The notes under the pieces: generated by a model
Told to the model about the DNA's origin: nothing
Databases searched by the model: none
The model's input: only the letters and a program-made list of their open reading frames with translations
Shown: piece by piece, positions 1 through 8,095 of the stretch
Layout of the letters: the number at the start of each line of letters is the position of its first letter
How positions within the stretch are numbered: the stretch's first letter is position 1
Assembly: GCA_031372565.1 (NCBI GenBank)
Contig: JANMLN010000004.1
Span: 1 to 14,261, forward strand
Reading direction: 5' to 3'
Source of the DNA: Gemmatimonadota bacterium
GTDB lineage: Bacteria > Gemmatimonadota > Gemmatimonadetes > Gemmatimonadales > Gemmatimonadaceae
DNA length: 14,261 nucleotides
Translations under genes and position numbers: made by a program

Positions 1-168
1 GGTGGGGTCGATTGGGAAGCTAGAGATCGCCTCCGACGCGGACAAGATGACCGATGCCGTCGTAAATGTGTGTTAGCGCGTCAGGATCGTGCTCGTGCCG
101 AGCCGACGGACGCCGATTGCGGTCATCCTGACCCATTCTACGCGGGACGCCGCCGCCCCTGAACGCAC

Positions 169-204
169 GCGAGGCACGGGCGCCAGATCGCGTCCGTGCC
201 TCGC
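169..204. terminator. GC-rich hairpin downstream of the beta-propeller gene (possible terminator or stabilising stem)
   Basis: gcgaggcacgggcgc (169-183), loop cagatc, gcgtccgtgcctcgc (190-204): 15-bp stem with one non-Watson-Crick position, 28 bp after the stop at 233. U-tract is weak on the minus strand. Confidence 0.5.
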
Positions 205-232
205 AGCGCGAGATTCGCTGACCTGCGCCTCC

Positions 233-1624
233 CTACGGGCGGCGCGCAGCCTCGAGCTTCGTCACGCCATCCTGCCGAACGCCCATGTAGACCACGCCAC
301 CGACACCGAACCCTGCGATCACCCGTCCGGCGGGCATCTGGACACGATCCGCCAGTTCGCCCTTGCTGTTGATGATGTCGTAAACCGACCCGCCGTTCAG
401 CACGACGCTCGTTCGCACCCACAGGTTGCCATCGGCGTCGGCGCGCATGGCGCCAGCCGCGAATGGCGGCGCGTAGTCCGGCAGCGCCGAGGGCTCGACG
501 AAGTTCATCGCGGGCATGTTCATGGAGGGCGCCGCGCCGGTTGGCCGCGGACCTCCCTCGCCGCCGCCCGGACCGCCTGGCGGTCCGCCCTCGACGCGCA
601 TCACGACCATCGGCGCACCACCGCCCAGCCCGGCCGCGCTCGCCCCCTCGGCGAGCGCTGCCATCGGGTTCCCCCCGGCCCGGATATTCGCCATCTGGCG
701 CTCGCGCACCTTTTCCATGGCGACGCGGGTGGAGTCGATGAAGGCGACCTTCATCGAGTCGTCCATGCGCCGCCAAGCGAAAGGCAGCTTGGACTGCGCG
801 GTCGTCCGGCCATCGCCATCGATCCACTCGAGGTGATAGTCCTTGCCGCGAACGATCGCAATGCGACCATCGGGCAGCACCGCCCAGTCGTCAACGACCT
901 GCATCGGGTTGATGATCGTCGACACCGAGATCCGGCCGTTCTCGTCGCGATTCATCGACATGTTGATCTTCTGCACCTTCAGGAAGGCCACCGTGTCGAG
1001 CTTGCGCGTCGCGAGCGTCAGGCGCACCAAGGGAAGTGTGTCCGGGAAGGTCGGCATTGGCGGCATGCCTCCTTCGCCACCGCCGGCGCCGCGCGCGGGG
1101 GCCGGCATCCCCATGCGAAACGCCTGCTGACTGCGGTAGACCAACCGCCCCTGCGCATCGAGGGCGGGGGTTCCGTTCGGACCGCCGAGCAGCGACATCG
1201 CATCCTCCGGACGCGGCACGGACATCACGCGCGCGACCTTCCCCTGCGGGTCCAGCACCAGCATCGAGAGCGATTGCGGATCGACAAAGAGCGACGAGTC
1301 CCCACGCCACGCGATCAGCCCCGCCATGCGCGAGGCATAGGCGTTGGCCGTCGCGCTGGTCGTGTCCGCCACGACCGCGATCGGGGTGAGCGACGAGTCG
1401 AGCATCACCACGCGCCGACCGATCACGTCATTCACGAGGAGGCGCCCGCCGGGCAGTGCGCGCGCGGTGGACACGGCGCCGAAGGACTCGGTCGAGGTTC
1501 GCTCGACCGGCTTGAGCGCACGAACAGGAGGCAGCTTGGCAGCCGTGCCGCTCTGTGCGTTCACGCCGGCCACCGGCAGGGTAAGCACGAGGCCAGCGGC
1601 GGCCCAGGATCGGATGGATGTCAT
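233..1624 (-). CDS. Secreted hypothetical protein, probable beta-propeller (NHL/6-bladed-like) with Gly/Pro/Met-rich insertions, 463 aa
   Basis: Start trimmed from track ORF 233..2581 to ATG 1624, which gives a Sec signal peptide MTSIRSWAAAGLVLTLPVAGVNA/Q. Blade-like motifs: ALPGGRLLVND, LDPQGKV, LDAQGRLVY, VLPDGRIAIV, ADADGNLWV, YDIINSKGEL. Confidence 0.8.
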   Translation of the reverse strand: MTSIRSWAAAGLVLTLPVAGVNAQSGTAAKLPPVRALKPVERTSTESFGAVSTARALPGGRLLVNDVIGRRVVMLDSSLTPIAVVADTTSATANAYASRMAGLIAWRGDSSLFVDPQSLSMLVLDPQGKVARVMSVPRPEDAMSLLGGPNGTPALDAQGRLVYRSQQAFRMGMPAPARGAGGGEGGMPPMPTFPDTLPLVRLTLATRKLDTVAFLKVQKINMSMNRDENGRISVSTIINPMQVVDDWAVLPDGRIAIVRGKDYHLEWIDGDGRTTAQSKLPFAWRRMDDSMKVAFIDSTRVAMEKVRERQMANIRAGGNPMAALAEGASAAGLGGGAPMVVMRVEGGPPGGPGGGEGGPRPTGAAPSMNMPAMNFVEPSALPDYAPPFAAGAMRADADGNLWVRTSVVLNGGSVYDIINSKGELADRVQMPAGRVIAGFGVGGVVYMGVRQDGVTKLEAARRP

Positions 1625-1668
1625 GGTCGGATTCGGGAAGGGTAAAGAAGTATCGCGCCTGCAGGCGC

Positions 1669-4600
1669 TCATCGCGTGATGATCTGGGTGACGCCACCGC
1701 CCATGCCGCCACCAGCCCCGACGAAGCTGGGACCGCCGCCAAACGAGGCGCCGCCGGACCCGCCCGCGGTGCCCGATCGAATCGCCGACAGGTACCGGCG
1801 GTCGAGATGACTGGCGACGAGCGGTGGGAGCTTGCGGCGCTGCTCGTCGGTGATGAGCGTCTGAATCGGGTCGACGAGTGACGCGAGGAGGTCGACGGTC
1901 GCCTCGCGTGCGCGGCGATAGCGGCGATAGGCGTCCACTTCGTCGTAGTCCACCGGAAGCGCTGCCAACTGCTTCGCCACCGGCGACCAGATCGAGTCGA
2001 GCTTGATGGCATACCGGCGATTCATGGTCGCCAGGCTGTCTGCCTGATCGACCGAGAGCTTGAGCGTATCGGTCTGGCGCAACATCGTCGCCATCGGATT
2101 GACCAGTCCGCCGCCGCCGTAGATCGCGCGGAGCATCCCTTCGCCCATGCGCGTGCCTTCGAGACGCCGGCCGAGCGCGAGCTGCTGGTGCAGCGACTGC
2201 TCCTCGCGCGTGGGTGCCGCATCGAAGCGCACCATGGCCGTGACCGTGACCGGCGTGCGGAACGACGAGAAAAGCGGATTGGCCGAGCCGAAGCGCTGGT
2301 TCACTTCGTACGTGTACCGCTGCGTGCTCGCGTTGAAGCCGCGCACGTAGAGCAGGTTCGCGTCGGGGAACGCCTGCTGCCCCCACCCGCGCAACTTCCG
2401 CTCGCCGTTGACGGCGAGATCGAGCGCGCCCAGCGGATTGTTCACGAGGAACGACAGCTGTGCGCGCTGCGGCAGGCGCACCTTGACCGGATTGAACGAG
2501 ATCGCGAGCGTGGCGGTGGCCGTCCACGGTCCGTTGCAGCTGTTGCGGGCCGCCACCACGCCAAACTGTCGGGTGAGGCACTCGCGCACGTAGTCCGGGG
2601 CGCCCGCGATGAGCGACTGCATCGCACCCGCGAGGGCGGGATCGCCGCCGCTGGCCGGGTTGGTGACGAACGCCCGGTCATTCGCGTAGCCATCGCCATT
2701 CACATCCCCCGCCACGAGCGGGGTGAAGGGCTGGGGCGAGCGGAAGGTGCCGTTCCAGCTCACGCGCACCGCATCCCACAGGTTGGCGAACACCGAGTAC
2801 TGCACCTGATGGCGAATATCGAACCCCGCGCGCGTCCAATCCACCGTCGTCGGGGACCCGGCGGTGTTCGCGCCAAACCCCCGCACCTGCTCGCGCACTT
2901 CACCGTACACGTAGCTGAGCGACCAACCGTACGAGGTGTTGAAGGCGGTCGGCGCGATCGTTGCCCGAAGCTGCCGACTCTCGGACGTGAGATCCGAACG
3001 CAACTCGGTCACGCGGTTGTACTGGGGGACGCGCCGTCCAGCGAGCGCCGACACCGCGCCGGTGGTCTGATCGATCGCACCAGGCGCCACGAACACCGGC
3101 CGATTCCCTTCGGCGGGCAGCGAAAAGCTGGCCGAGTCGCGGAAGTTGAGGTCGAGCGAACCCGCCTGGTTCAGGTTGCGTGACCAGGTGGCGTCGAAGG
3201 TCGCCGAGAGGCGATTCCCGAGGATGGGCCCGCTCCATTGGAGGTTGGCCCGCACGGACCGCGGCGCGATGAAATCGGGGGCGTACAGGGTGACGTTCGG
3301 CACCGTGCTCGAGAAGCCGGGATTCCCGCCCGCGCAGGTCGAGGGAATCGTCGACAGATCCGTCAGCCATCCGGACCAGTTCGCAGCGGGAGCCGCCGGT
3401 CCGGCGCAGTTGACCTGTTGCACACCGGCCGCGAGGCCGGAATTGTCGAAGGTGGTCGTGAGCGCCTGCGTCTGCGGTTGCCCCTGAAAGACACCGATGC
3501 CGCCGCGCACGACGGCACGAGGTCCGCGGAACGCCCCTTCGAAGCCGCCAACCTGCGCGGCTTCCCCATACGTCCAGCTGAAGCCGAGCCGTGGGCTGGC
3601 GTACAGGCGATTCGGCACCGAGGTATTCGGCACACCGAAGAGCGACGCCACCTGCGCGTTCTCGGGCGGCCCCGCGTTGAACTGGTTGGCGTCGAGGCGC
3701 ACGCCAGCCTGCAACTGGAAGCTCGGGCTCACGCGCCACGAGTCCCCGAGCGAGAGTCCGGCCACCAGCTGGCTCCCCTCGCGTTCGCGCGGCTGGAGCT
3801 GACGGCTGAACGCGGCCGGACGCGCACTCCCCAAGTCGCTGAGCGAGTTGTAGAAGTACGACCCGTACTGGTTGATGCGCTGGAACAGCGAGAAGGCATC
3901 GCGTCGCAACTCCGTGGTGAGCTTCACGCGATGCTTGCTGTTCTCGCTGAACCAGGAGAGCTGGTTCGTGAAGGCGATCGACTGCGTGCTGTTCTGCTGG
4001 TTGAACGTGCTCCCGCCGAACTGCACATTCTTGAGGCCGCCCGTCCCGTCCGCGAACGACGACGCGATACGCACCGTCCCGCTCGGCAGGTCGAAGAACG
4101 GATCGGCGCCCGAGCGTGAGGCATTGAAGCCCATCGTCGTCTCGCTCAGCATGCCGAACCAGAAGTAGCCGGAATGCCGGGCCTGGAGTCCGGCCCCCCA
4201 ATCGGTGCGTGTCCCCGATCGCGCGGGAAACTCCGTCGTCAGGTTCGAGAGCGGATCCTGCCGATTCCACTGGCCGTTGACCGTGAGGTTATAGGCCGAG
4301 CCCGACTTGGAGCCGGGCGGCGCGATGTCAAAGGTCCCCAGGACGGAGCCCTGATCGCTCAAGCGCTCCGTGATGGTGCGTCCGGGGAGCACGGGCACGT
4401 TGAGGGCACCGAGCAGCCCGAGCAGGCGCGCGACGGAGTCGGCCGCGATTCCCGTCGTCTGCAGGCCGACCGGGTCGGTGTTGAGCAGCGTGCGGAGCGC
4501 ATTCGACCGTCGACCGAGCTGCCAACTCACGTTGTAGAACGACTGGTTGAACTGGATCGGCCCCGACGCATTGCCGCCAAGCGACGCATTGCTGAACTCC

Positions 4601-5397
4601 TGCCCCAGCGCGCGGGCGGCCGCATCGGTCCACTGCATCGTCGGCGAGTCGAGCACCAGACTCGATCCGCGTTGCACGAAGTTGGAGCCCGAGCGCGGCC
4701 GAACGTTGAAGTTGCCGCCGCTGAAGCCGCCGCGCGACACGTCGTACGGCGACGTCGACAGCCCGCCACTCACCTGCGCATCGCGCGGCAGGTTGCTCGC
4801 GCCGAAGTTCTGCCCGTTCATCGTCGTGTTGTTCTGGTCCGCGCCCAAGCCGAGCACCGAGAATCCGGACGGGTCGCCGTCGGCACCGGGCACCAGCAGC
4901 GTGCCGGGCGTCGAGGCCGCCATCGCCGCGAGGTCCCCCATCTGGTCAGCGGTGAGCTGCCCTGCGTCGATCCGCTTGTCGCTCCCCCCGATGTCCGGGC
5001 TGTTGTCGTTGCGGGCCACGCGATCGCGCGGTGCCTGGATGCGCACGGCGTCGAGTTCGTTCACGCTGCGCGCGAGCCGCGCGTCGCCCAGGAGGATGTC
5101 CTCGTCTGCCACGCGCTTGATCTCGAACCGCCGCGCCAGGAAGCCGATCGCGGCAATCTGCACCATGTAGTCGCCGTCACCGCCCGGCACCGTGATCATG
5201 TAGCGGCCGTTGGCATCGGTCCGGGCCGTGCGACTGACCGAGCCGGAGATCGTGGTGACCGTCACCTGCGCTCCCTCGATCGGCACGCTCTCCGGCGACG
5301 TGATGCGGCCGCGCACCACGTCCACTTGCTGGGCGAATGCAGGGGGTGCAGCCAGCAGGCAGATGCAGGCGAGCGCGAGCGAGAGCAGTCGGCGCAC
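1669..5397 (-). CDS. TonB-dependent receptor-like (Oar-type) outer-membrane protein with N-terminal carboxypeptidase-regulatory-like domain and atypical C-terminal extension, ~1242 aa
   Basis: GTG 5397 gives signal peptide VRRLLSLALACICLLAAPPAFA/QQ. CarboxypepD_reg-like domain (VRGRIT..PIEGAQVTV..TDANGRY). TonB-box-like LDAVRIQA. Plug motifs TPG, QNNTTMNG, YDVSRGGFSGG. Barrel motifs LQAGVRLD, SPRLGFSW, VVRGGIGVF. Confidence 0.85.
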   Translation of the reverse strand: MRRLLSLALACICLLAAPPAFAQQVDVVRGRITSPESVPIEGAQVTVTTISGSVSRTARTDANGRYMITVPGGDGDYMVQIAAIGFLARRFEIKRVADEDILLGDARLARSVNELDAVRIQAPRDRVARNDNSPDIGGSDKRIDAGQLTADQMGDLAAMAASTPGTLLVPGADGDPSGFSVLGLGADQNNTTMNGQNFGASNLPRDAQVSGGLSTSPYDVSRGGFSGGNFNVRPRSGSNFVQRGSSLVLDSPTMQWTDAAARALGQEFSNASLGGNASGPIQFNQSFYNVSWQLGRRSNALRTLLNTDPVGLQTTGIAADSVARLLGLLGALNVPVLPGRTITERLSDQGSVLGTFDIAPPGSKSGSAYNLTVNGQWNRQDPLSNLTTEFPARSGTRTDWGAGLQARHSGYFWFGMLSETTMGFNASRSGADPFFDLPSGTVRIASSFADGTGGLKNVQFGGSTFNQQNSTQSIAFTNQLSWFSENSKHRVKLTTELRRDAFSLFQRINQYGSYFYNSLSDLGSARPAAFSRQLQPREREGSQLVAGLSLGDSWRVSPSFQLQAGVRLDANQFNAGPPENAQVASLFGVPNTSVPNRLYASPRLGFSWTYGEAAQVGGFEGAFRGPRAVVRGGIGVFQGQPQTQALTTTFDNSGLAAGVQQVNCAGPAAPAANWSGWLTDLSTIPSTCAGGNPGFSSTVPNVTLYAPDFIAPRSVRANLQWSGPILGNRLSATFDATWSRNLNQAGSLDLNFRDSASFSLPAEGNRPVFVAPGAIDQTTGAVSALAGRRVPQYNRVTELRSDLTSESRQLRATIAPTAFNTSYGWSLSYVYGEVREQVRGFGANTAGSPTTVDWTRAGFDIRHQVQYSVFANLWDAVRVSWNGTFRSPQPFTPLVAGDVNGDGYANDRAFVTNPASGGDPALAGAMQSLIAGAPDYVRECLTRQFGVVAARNSCNGPWTATATLAISFNPVKVRLPQRAQLSFLVNNPLGALDLAVNGERKLRGWGQQAFPDANLLYVRGFNASTQRYTYEVNQRFGSANPLFSSFRTPVTVTAMVRFDAAPTREEQSLHQQLALGRRLEGTRMGEGMLRAIYGGGGLVNPMATMLRQTDTLKLSVDQADSLATMNRRYAIKLDSIWSPVAKQLAALPVDYDEVDAYRRYRRAREATVDLLASLVDPIQTLITDEQRRKLPPLVASHLDRRYLSAIRSGTAGGSGGASFGGGPSFVGAGGGMGGGVTQIITR

Positions 5398-5443
5398 GGT
5401 GGGAATGAGGCGGAAAGGAAGGGCGCTCGAAACCGGACAGGCA

Positions 5444-5473
5444 TAGGACACGCGAGCACGCCAGAGGGTTTGC
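5444..5473 (-). promoter_or_regulatory. Possible ECF-sigma-type promoter upstream of the TonB-dependent receptor-like gene
   Basis: Minus strand GCAAACC-17 bp-GTCCTA resembles the generic AAC/GTC ECF consensus. Short match that could be chance. Confidence 0.2.
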
Positions 5474-5525
5474 GGTCCACGTTCCCCGCTCGTGCGCGGC
5501 CGGATCCGCCGCGCGCCCTCGACGG

Positions 5526-7571
5526 CTACCGTGCGTCGCGAAGCTCGATCGGCGTCCCTAGCGCCGAGCGTTCCGTCGTGCCGTCGTGGATCACCGTGAA
5601 CGATGCACCCGTGATGATCACATCAAGGGTACGACCGCGCGCGCGCAGGCCGTGCACTTCCAACCGCTCGAAACCGAAGGGGAGCGGATCGACGGTGATC
5701 CCCGTCGCGTGCGGCCGCACCCCGGCGGCGGTGCGGAGCAGCAGATCGGCCAGCCAGGTGCGCTGGTCACCACGGGCCTCCGGGAGCATGCTCGCCTCGC
5801 CCGTGAGCGGATTGAAATCCGCCGAGGCAACCGGACGGCGCAGGTCGCCTCCTTCAAAGTGCATGCGAATGAAACGGCCAAGCAGGTGGACAATCTCCTC
5901 GCGGAGCGGCGGCGTCTCGGCGCTCTGTTCGAGGAGCGCCTCGATGATCGCGCAGGTCAGCCACGGGAGGACGCGCGCCGCATCGGGTTCGTCGCGATCG
6001 CCCAGCACTTCCGCCGCGCGCCAGCGCGCCGCCGTGTCACCCAAGGCGCGACCCGGAATCGGATACGGCGTCCAGTAGCGCGCGGGGTCGAAGAGCGCGC
6101 GGAGCAGCGCCGTTCCCTGATCGCGCGTCGGAATGTCGGTGCCGAGCGCCACGAAGGGCAACGCGGACGGCGCCGCGGAGGGATGCGGACCGCGAAGGAC
6201 CGGCACGTCGCCCAACGCTCGCGAGACAACGGCCCCGGCACGGGCAGCGGCCTCACGCCACCGACCTGACTGCTCCGGCACCCCGGCCTGTTCGGCGAGG
6301 TCTTCCAACCAGCGCGCCGCGCGCGAGGTTGCCACCCCCCAGAGCACGGCGCGATCAGCCCCTCCCGATTGCTCCACAGCCTGCTCGGACTGGTCGAGCA
6401 TCCACATCGTGTGTTCTCCCAGCGGCGCGTGCACGGCCGAGACGAACGTCGCATCGGGCGCAATCTCGTTGAGTGCCCGGATGCTGGCCCCCCAGTCGGT
6501 CGGTGACATCGTGCCACCGTCACGGACGCCGTCGGACGCGGGCAGCGCCCCGTCCCTCGCGCGCTGGGCGAGCGCGTGCAGGACGAGCGCACGGGCGCGA
6601 GCCGGATCGACCCAGGCGAGCTCGCGCGCGACGGCCGGGAGCGTGCGCAGGAGGACGGGCAACGCGTCACTCTCACGCACACTCATGAGCGAGGGCATGC
6701 CGGCGGCCCGCTCGGCATGCTGCCAGAGCCCGCCCCACCGACGCCACCACACCGCCTCGATGAACGGATCGCTGCACTCGAGGCGCGGCACGGTGTGGAG
6801 CACGCCATTCCATGCCGCTCGGCTTGCCCCAGCGAGCGTCGCTCCGGGAACCGAGGGCGACGGTGCCACCGGGTGGTCGCGGTTGGCAATGCGCAGGGCA
6901 AACACGACGGCGCCTCCGGCGTCCGTCACGCGCAGGCGGCGATGCACGGCCAGACACCAGTAGCGCTCGGCGGCGCGCTGCGGCGCACGCACGGCCGACG
7001 GGAACGACTCCGCGGACCACAATTGCGGGAGCGGCGTGTGCTCGAAGCGCGGGGCGAGATCGAGCCCTCCGGCGGCGCATGCGACCCAACTGGTCGTCTC
7101 GCCCATGACCGCCAACGAACAGTGGCCGCGGCCGTCGGACCGGTCCCAGTCGAGGGATCCGCTGAAGGCGACGCTCCCCGCTTCGACGTCCGGAACGGGC
7201 GCCAAGGTCCACGCGACCAGCTGCACGGTCGCTGGCTTGAGGGTCCGGAGCCGCCACTCGGAGACGAAGACGCCGCCCGGGTGCACCGAGCGCACTTCGG
7301 TGGCGGTCATCCCGTTCCCCAGGCGGTACTCGGCGATCAGCTCTGCCGGCGTGCCGCGTCGGGCCGTCAGCCGCAGGGGGATCGAGCGCGCTTCGGCGTC
7401 GAGGACCGCGATCGCATACCCCGGCGCGAGCCAGTGCCCACCGACGCGGATCCCGTCCCAGAAGCCGGGGTGATCAAGCCACCGCGGCGCGAGCGGCGCG
7501 AACGCGGTCCCGTCCAGCGCGCCCAGCGCCGCCGTTTCGTCGAACGCGAGGCGATCGACCGGCTCGGCCAC
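5526..7571 (-). CDS. GH63/MGH1-like (alpha/alpha)6-barrel glycoside hydrolase-family protein, apparently degenerate, 681 aa
   Basis: N-terminal beta-rich domain, linker LECSDPFIE, helical barrel with ARELAW, LFDPARYWTPYPIP and FNPLTG, then a C-terminal beta domain (GVRP..GITVDPLPFG..LRARGRTLDV). GTG start 8 bp after the peroxiredoxin stop. No signal peptide. Confidence 0.65.
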   Translation of the reverse strand: MAEPVDRLAFDETAALGALDGTAFAPLAPRWLDHPGFWDGIRVGGHWLAPGYAIAVLDAEARSIPLRLTARRGTPAELIAEYRLGNGMTATEVRSVHPGGVFVSEWRLRTLKPATVQLVAWTLAPVPDVEAGSVAFSGSLDWDRSDGRGHCSLAVMGETTSWVACAAGGLDLAPRFEHTPLPQLWSAESFPSAVRAPQRAAERYWCLAVHRRLRVTDAGGAVVFALRIANRDHPVAPSPSVPGATLAGASRAAWNGVLHTVPRLECSDPFIEAVWWRRWGGLWQHAERAAGMPSLMSVRESDALPVLLRTLPAVARELAWVDPARARALVLHALAQRARDGALPASDGVRDGGTMSPTDWGASIRALNEIAPDATFVSAVHAPLGEHTMWMLDQSEQAVEQSGGADRAVLWGVATSRAARWLEDLAEQAGVPEQSGRWREAAARAGAVVSRALGDVPVLRGPHPSAAPSALPFVALGTDIPTRDQGTALLRALFDPARYWTPYPIPGRALGDTAARWRAAEVLGDRDEPDAARVLPWLTCAIIEALLEQSAETPPLREEIVHLLGRFIRMHFEGGDLRRPVASADFNPLTGEASMLPEARGDQRTWLADLLLRTAAGVRPHATGITVDPLPFGFERLEVHGLRARGRTLDVIITGASFTVIHDGTTERSALGTPIELRDAR

Positions 7572-7579
7572 GACTCAGG

Positions 7580-8059
7580 TCAACCGAGCTGGGCGATCTG
7601 CGCGAAGACTTCGGCGTTCTCGCGCTTGGTCCCGGGAGTCGGTTCGACATGGACCCAACGCACGACACCCGCCTTGTCGACCAGCACGTAGGCGCGACTC
7701 GAGAAGAAGGTGTCGGCGAACAGGAGCCCCCAAGGCCCCACGACTTCCCGCTTGAAGTCGGACAACAGTTCTTCCTTGATCTTTTCCTGCGCCTTGAACG
7801 CCTTGAGCGACGGGATCGCGTCGACCGACACACCGAAGACGGCGACGTCCTTGCCCGCGAACTGATCGAACTGCTCCGAGAAGCCGCAGAGCTCGGCGGT
7901 GCAGACGGAGGTGAAGGCCATCGGGAAGAACGCGAGCAGGACGTGCTGCTTGCCCCGGAACTGCGAGAGCGTGACCTTTTCACCCGATGTGGACGGCAGC
8001 GTGAAGTCCGGCGCCATCTCGCCCACCTGCGGCAGACGGCCTGTCACGGTCGCGGTCAT
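7580..8059 (-). CDS. Peroxiredoxin (AhpC/TSA family, AhpE/BCP-like), 159 aa
   Basis: [25 protein letters not shown] (PxxxTxxC peroxidatic motif), [24 protein letters not shown]. Start trimmed to ATG 8059 because the longer ORF overlaps the tRNA. Confidence 0.93.
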   Translation of the reverse strand: MTATVTGRLPQVGEMAPDFTLPSTSGEKVTLSQFRGKQHVLLAFFPMAFTSVCTAELCGFSEQFDQFAGKDVAVFGVSVDAIPSLKAFKAQEKIKEELLSDFKREVVGPWGLLFADTFFSSRAYVLVDKAGVVRWVHVEPTPGTKRENAEVFAQIAQLG

Positions 8060-8095
8060 GATGTGTGCTGAAGAGTGAGACGTGGACCAACAAAG

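Noticed and set aside
2..76. Possible plus-strand CDS end (VGSIGKLEIASDADKMTDAVVNVC*)
   Set aside because: Too short to support and contains atypical codons (CTA, GTA, AAT). The region fits equally well as the upstream leader of a minus-strand gene.
89..1645. 518-aa plus-strand ORF, and similar long antisense ORFs 4174..6078, 6576..7691 and 9955..11547
   Set aside because: Antisense shadows of well-supported minus-strand genes, R/H/A-rich with no recognisable motifs.
1625..2581. N-terminal 319-codon extension of ORF 233..2581 overlapping the receptor gene (possible frameshift fusion)
   Set aside because: Arg/Ala-rich off-frame translation typical of high-GC DNA. A clean signal peptide starts at 1624 and no slippery site was noticed.
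5494..5514. 7-bp GC hairpin just after the GH-like stop, considered as a terminator
   Set aside because: No U-tract, and such stems arise easily at this GC content.
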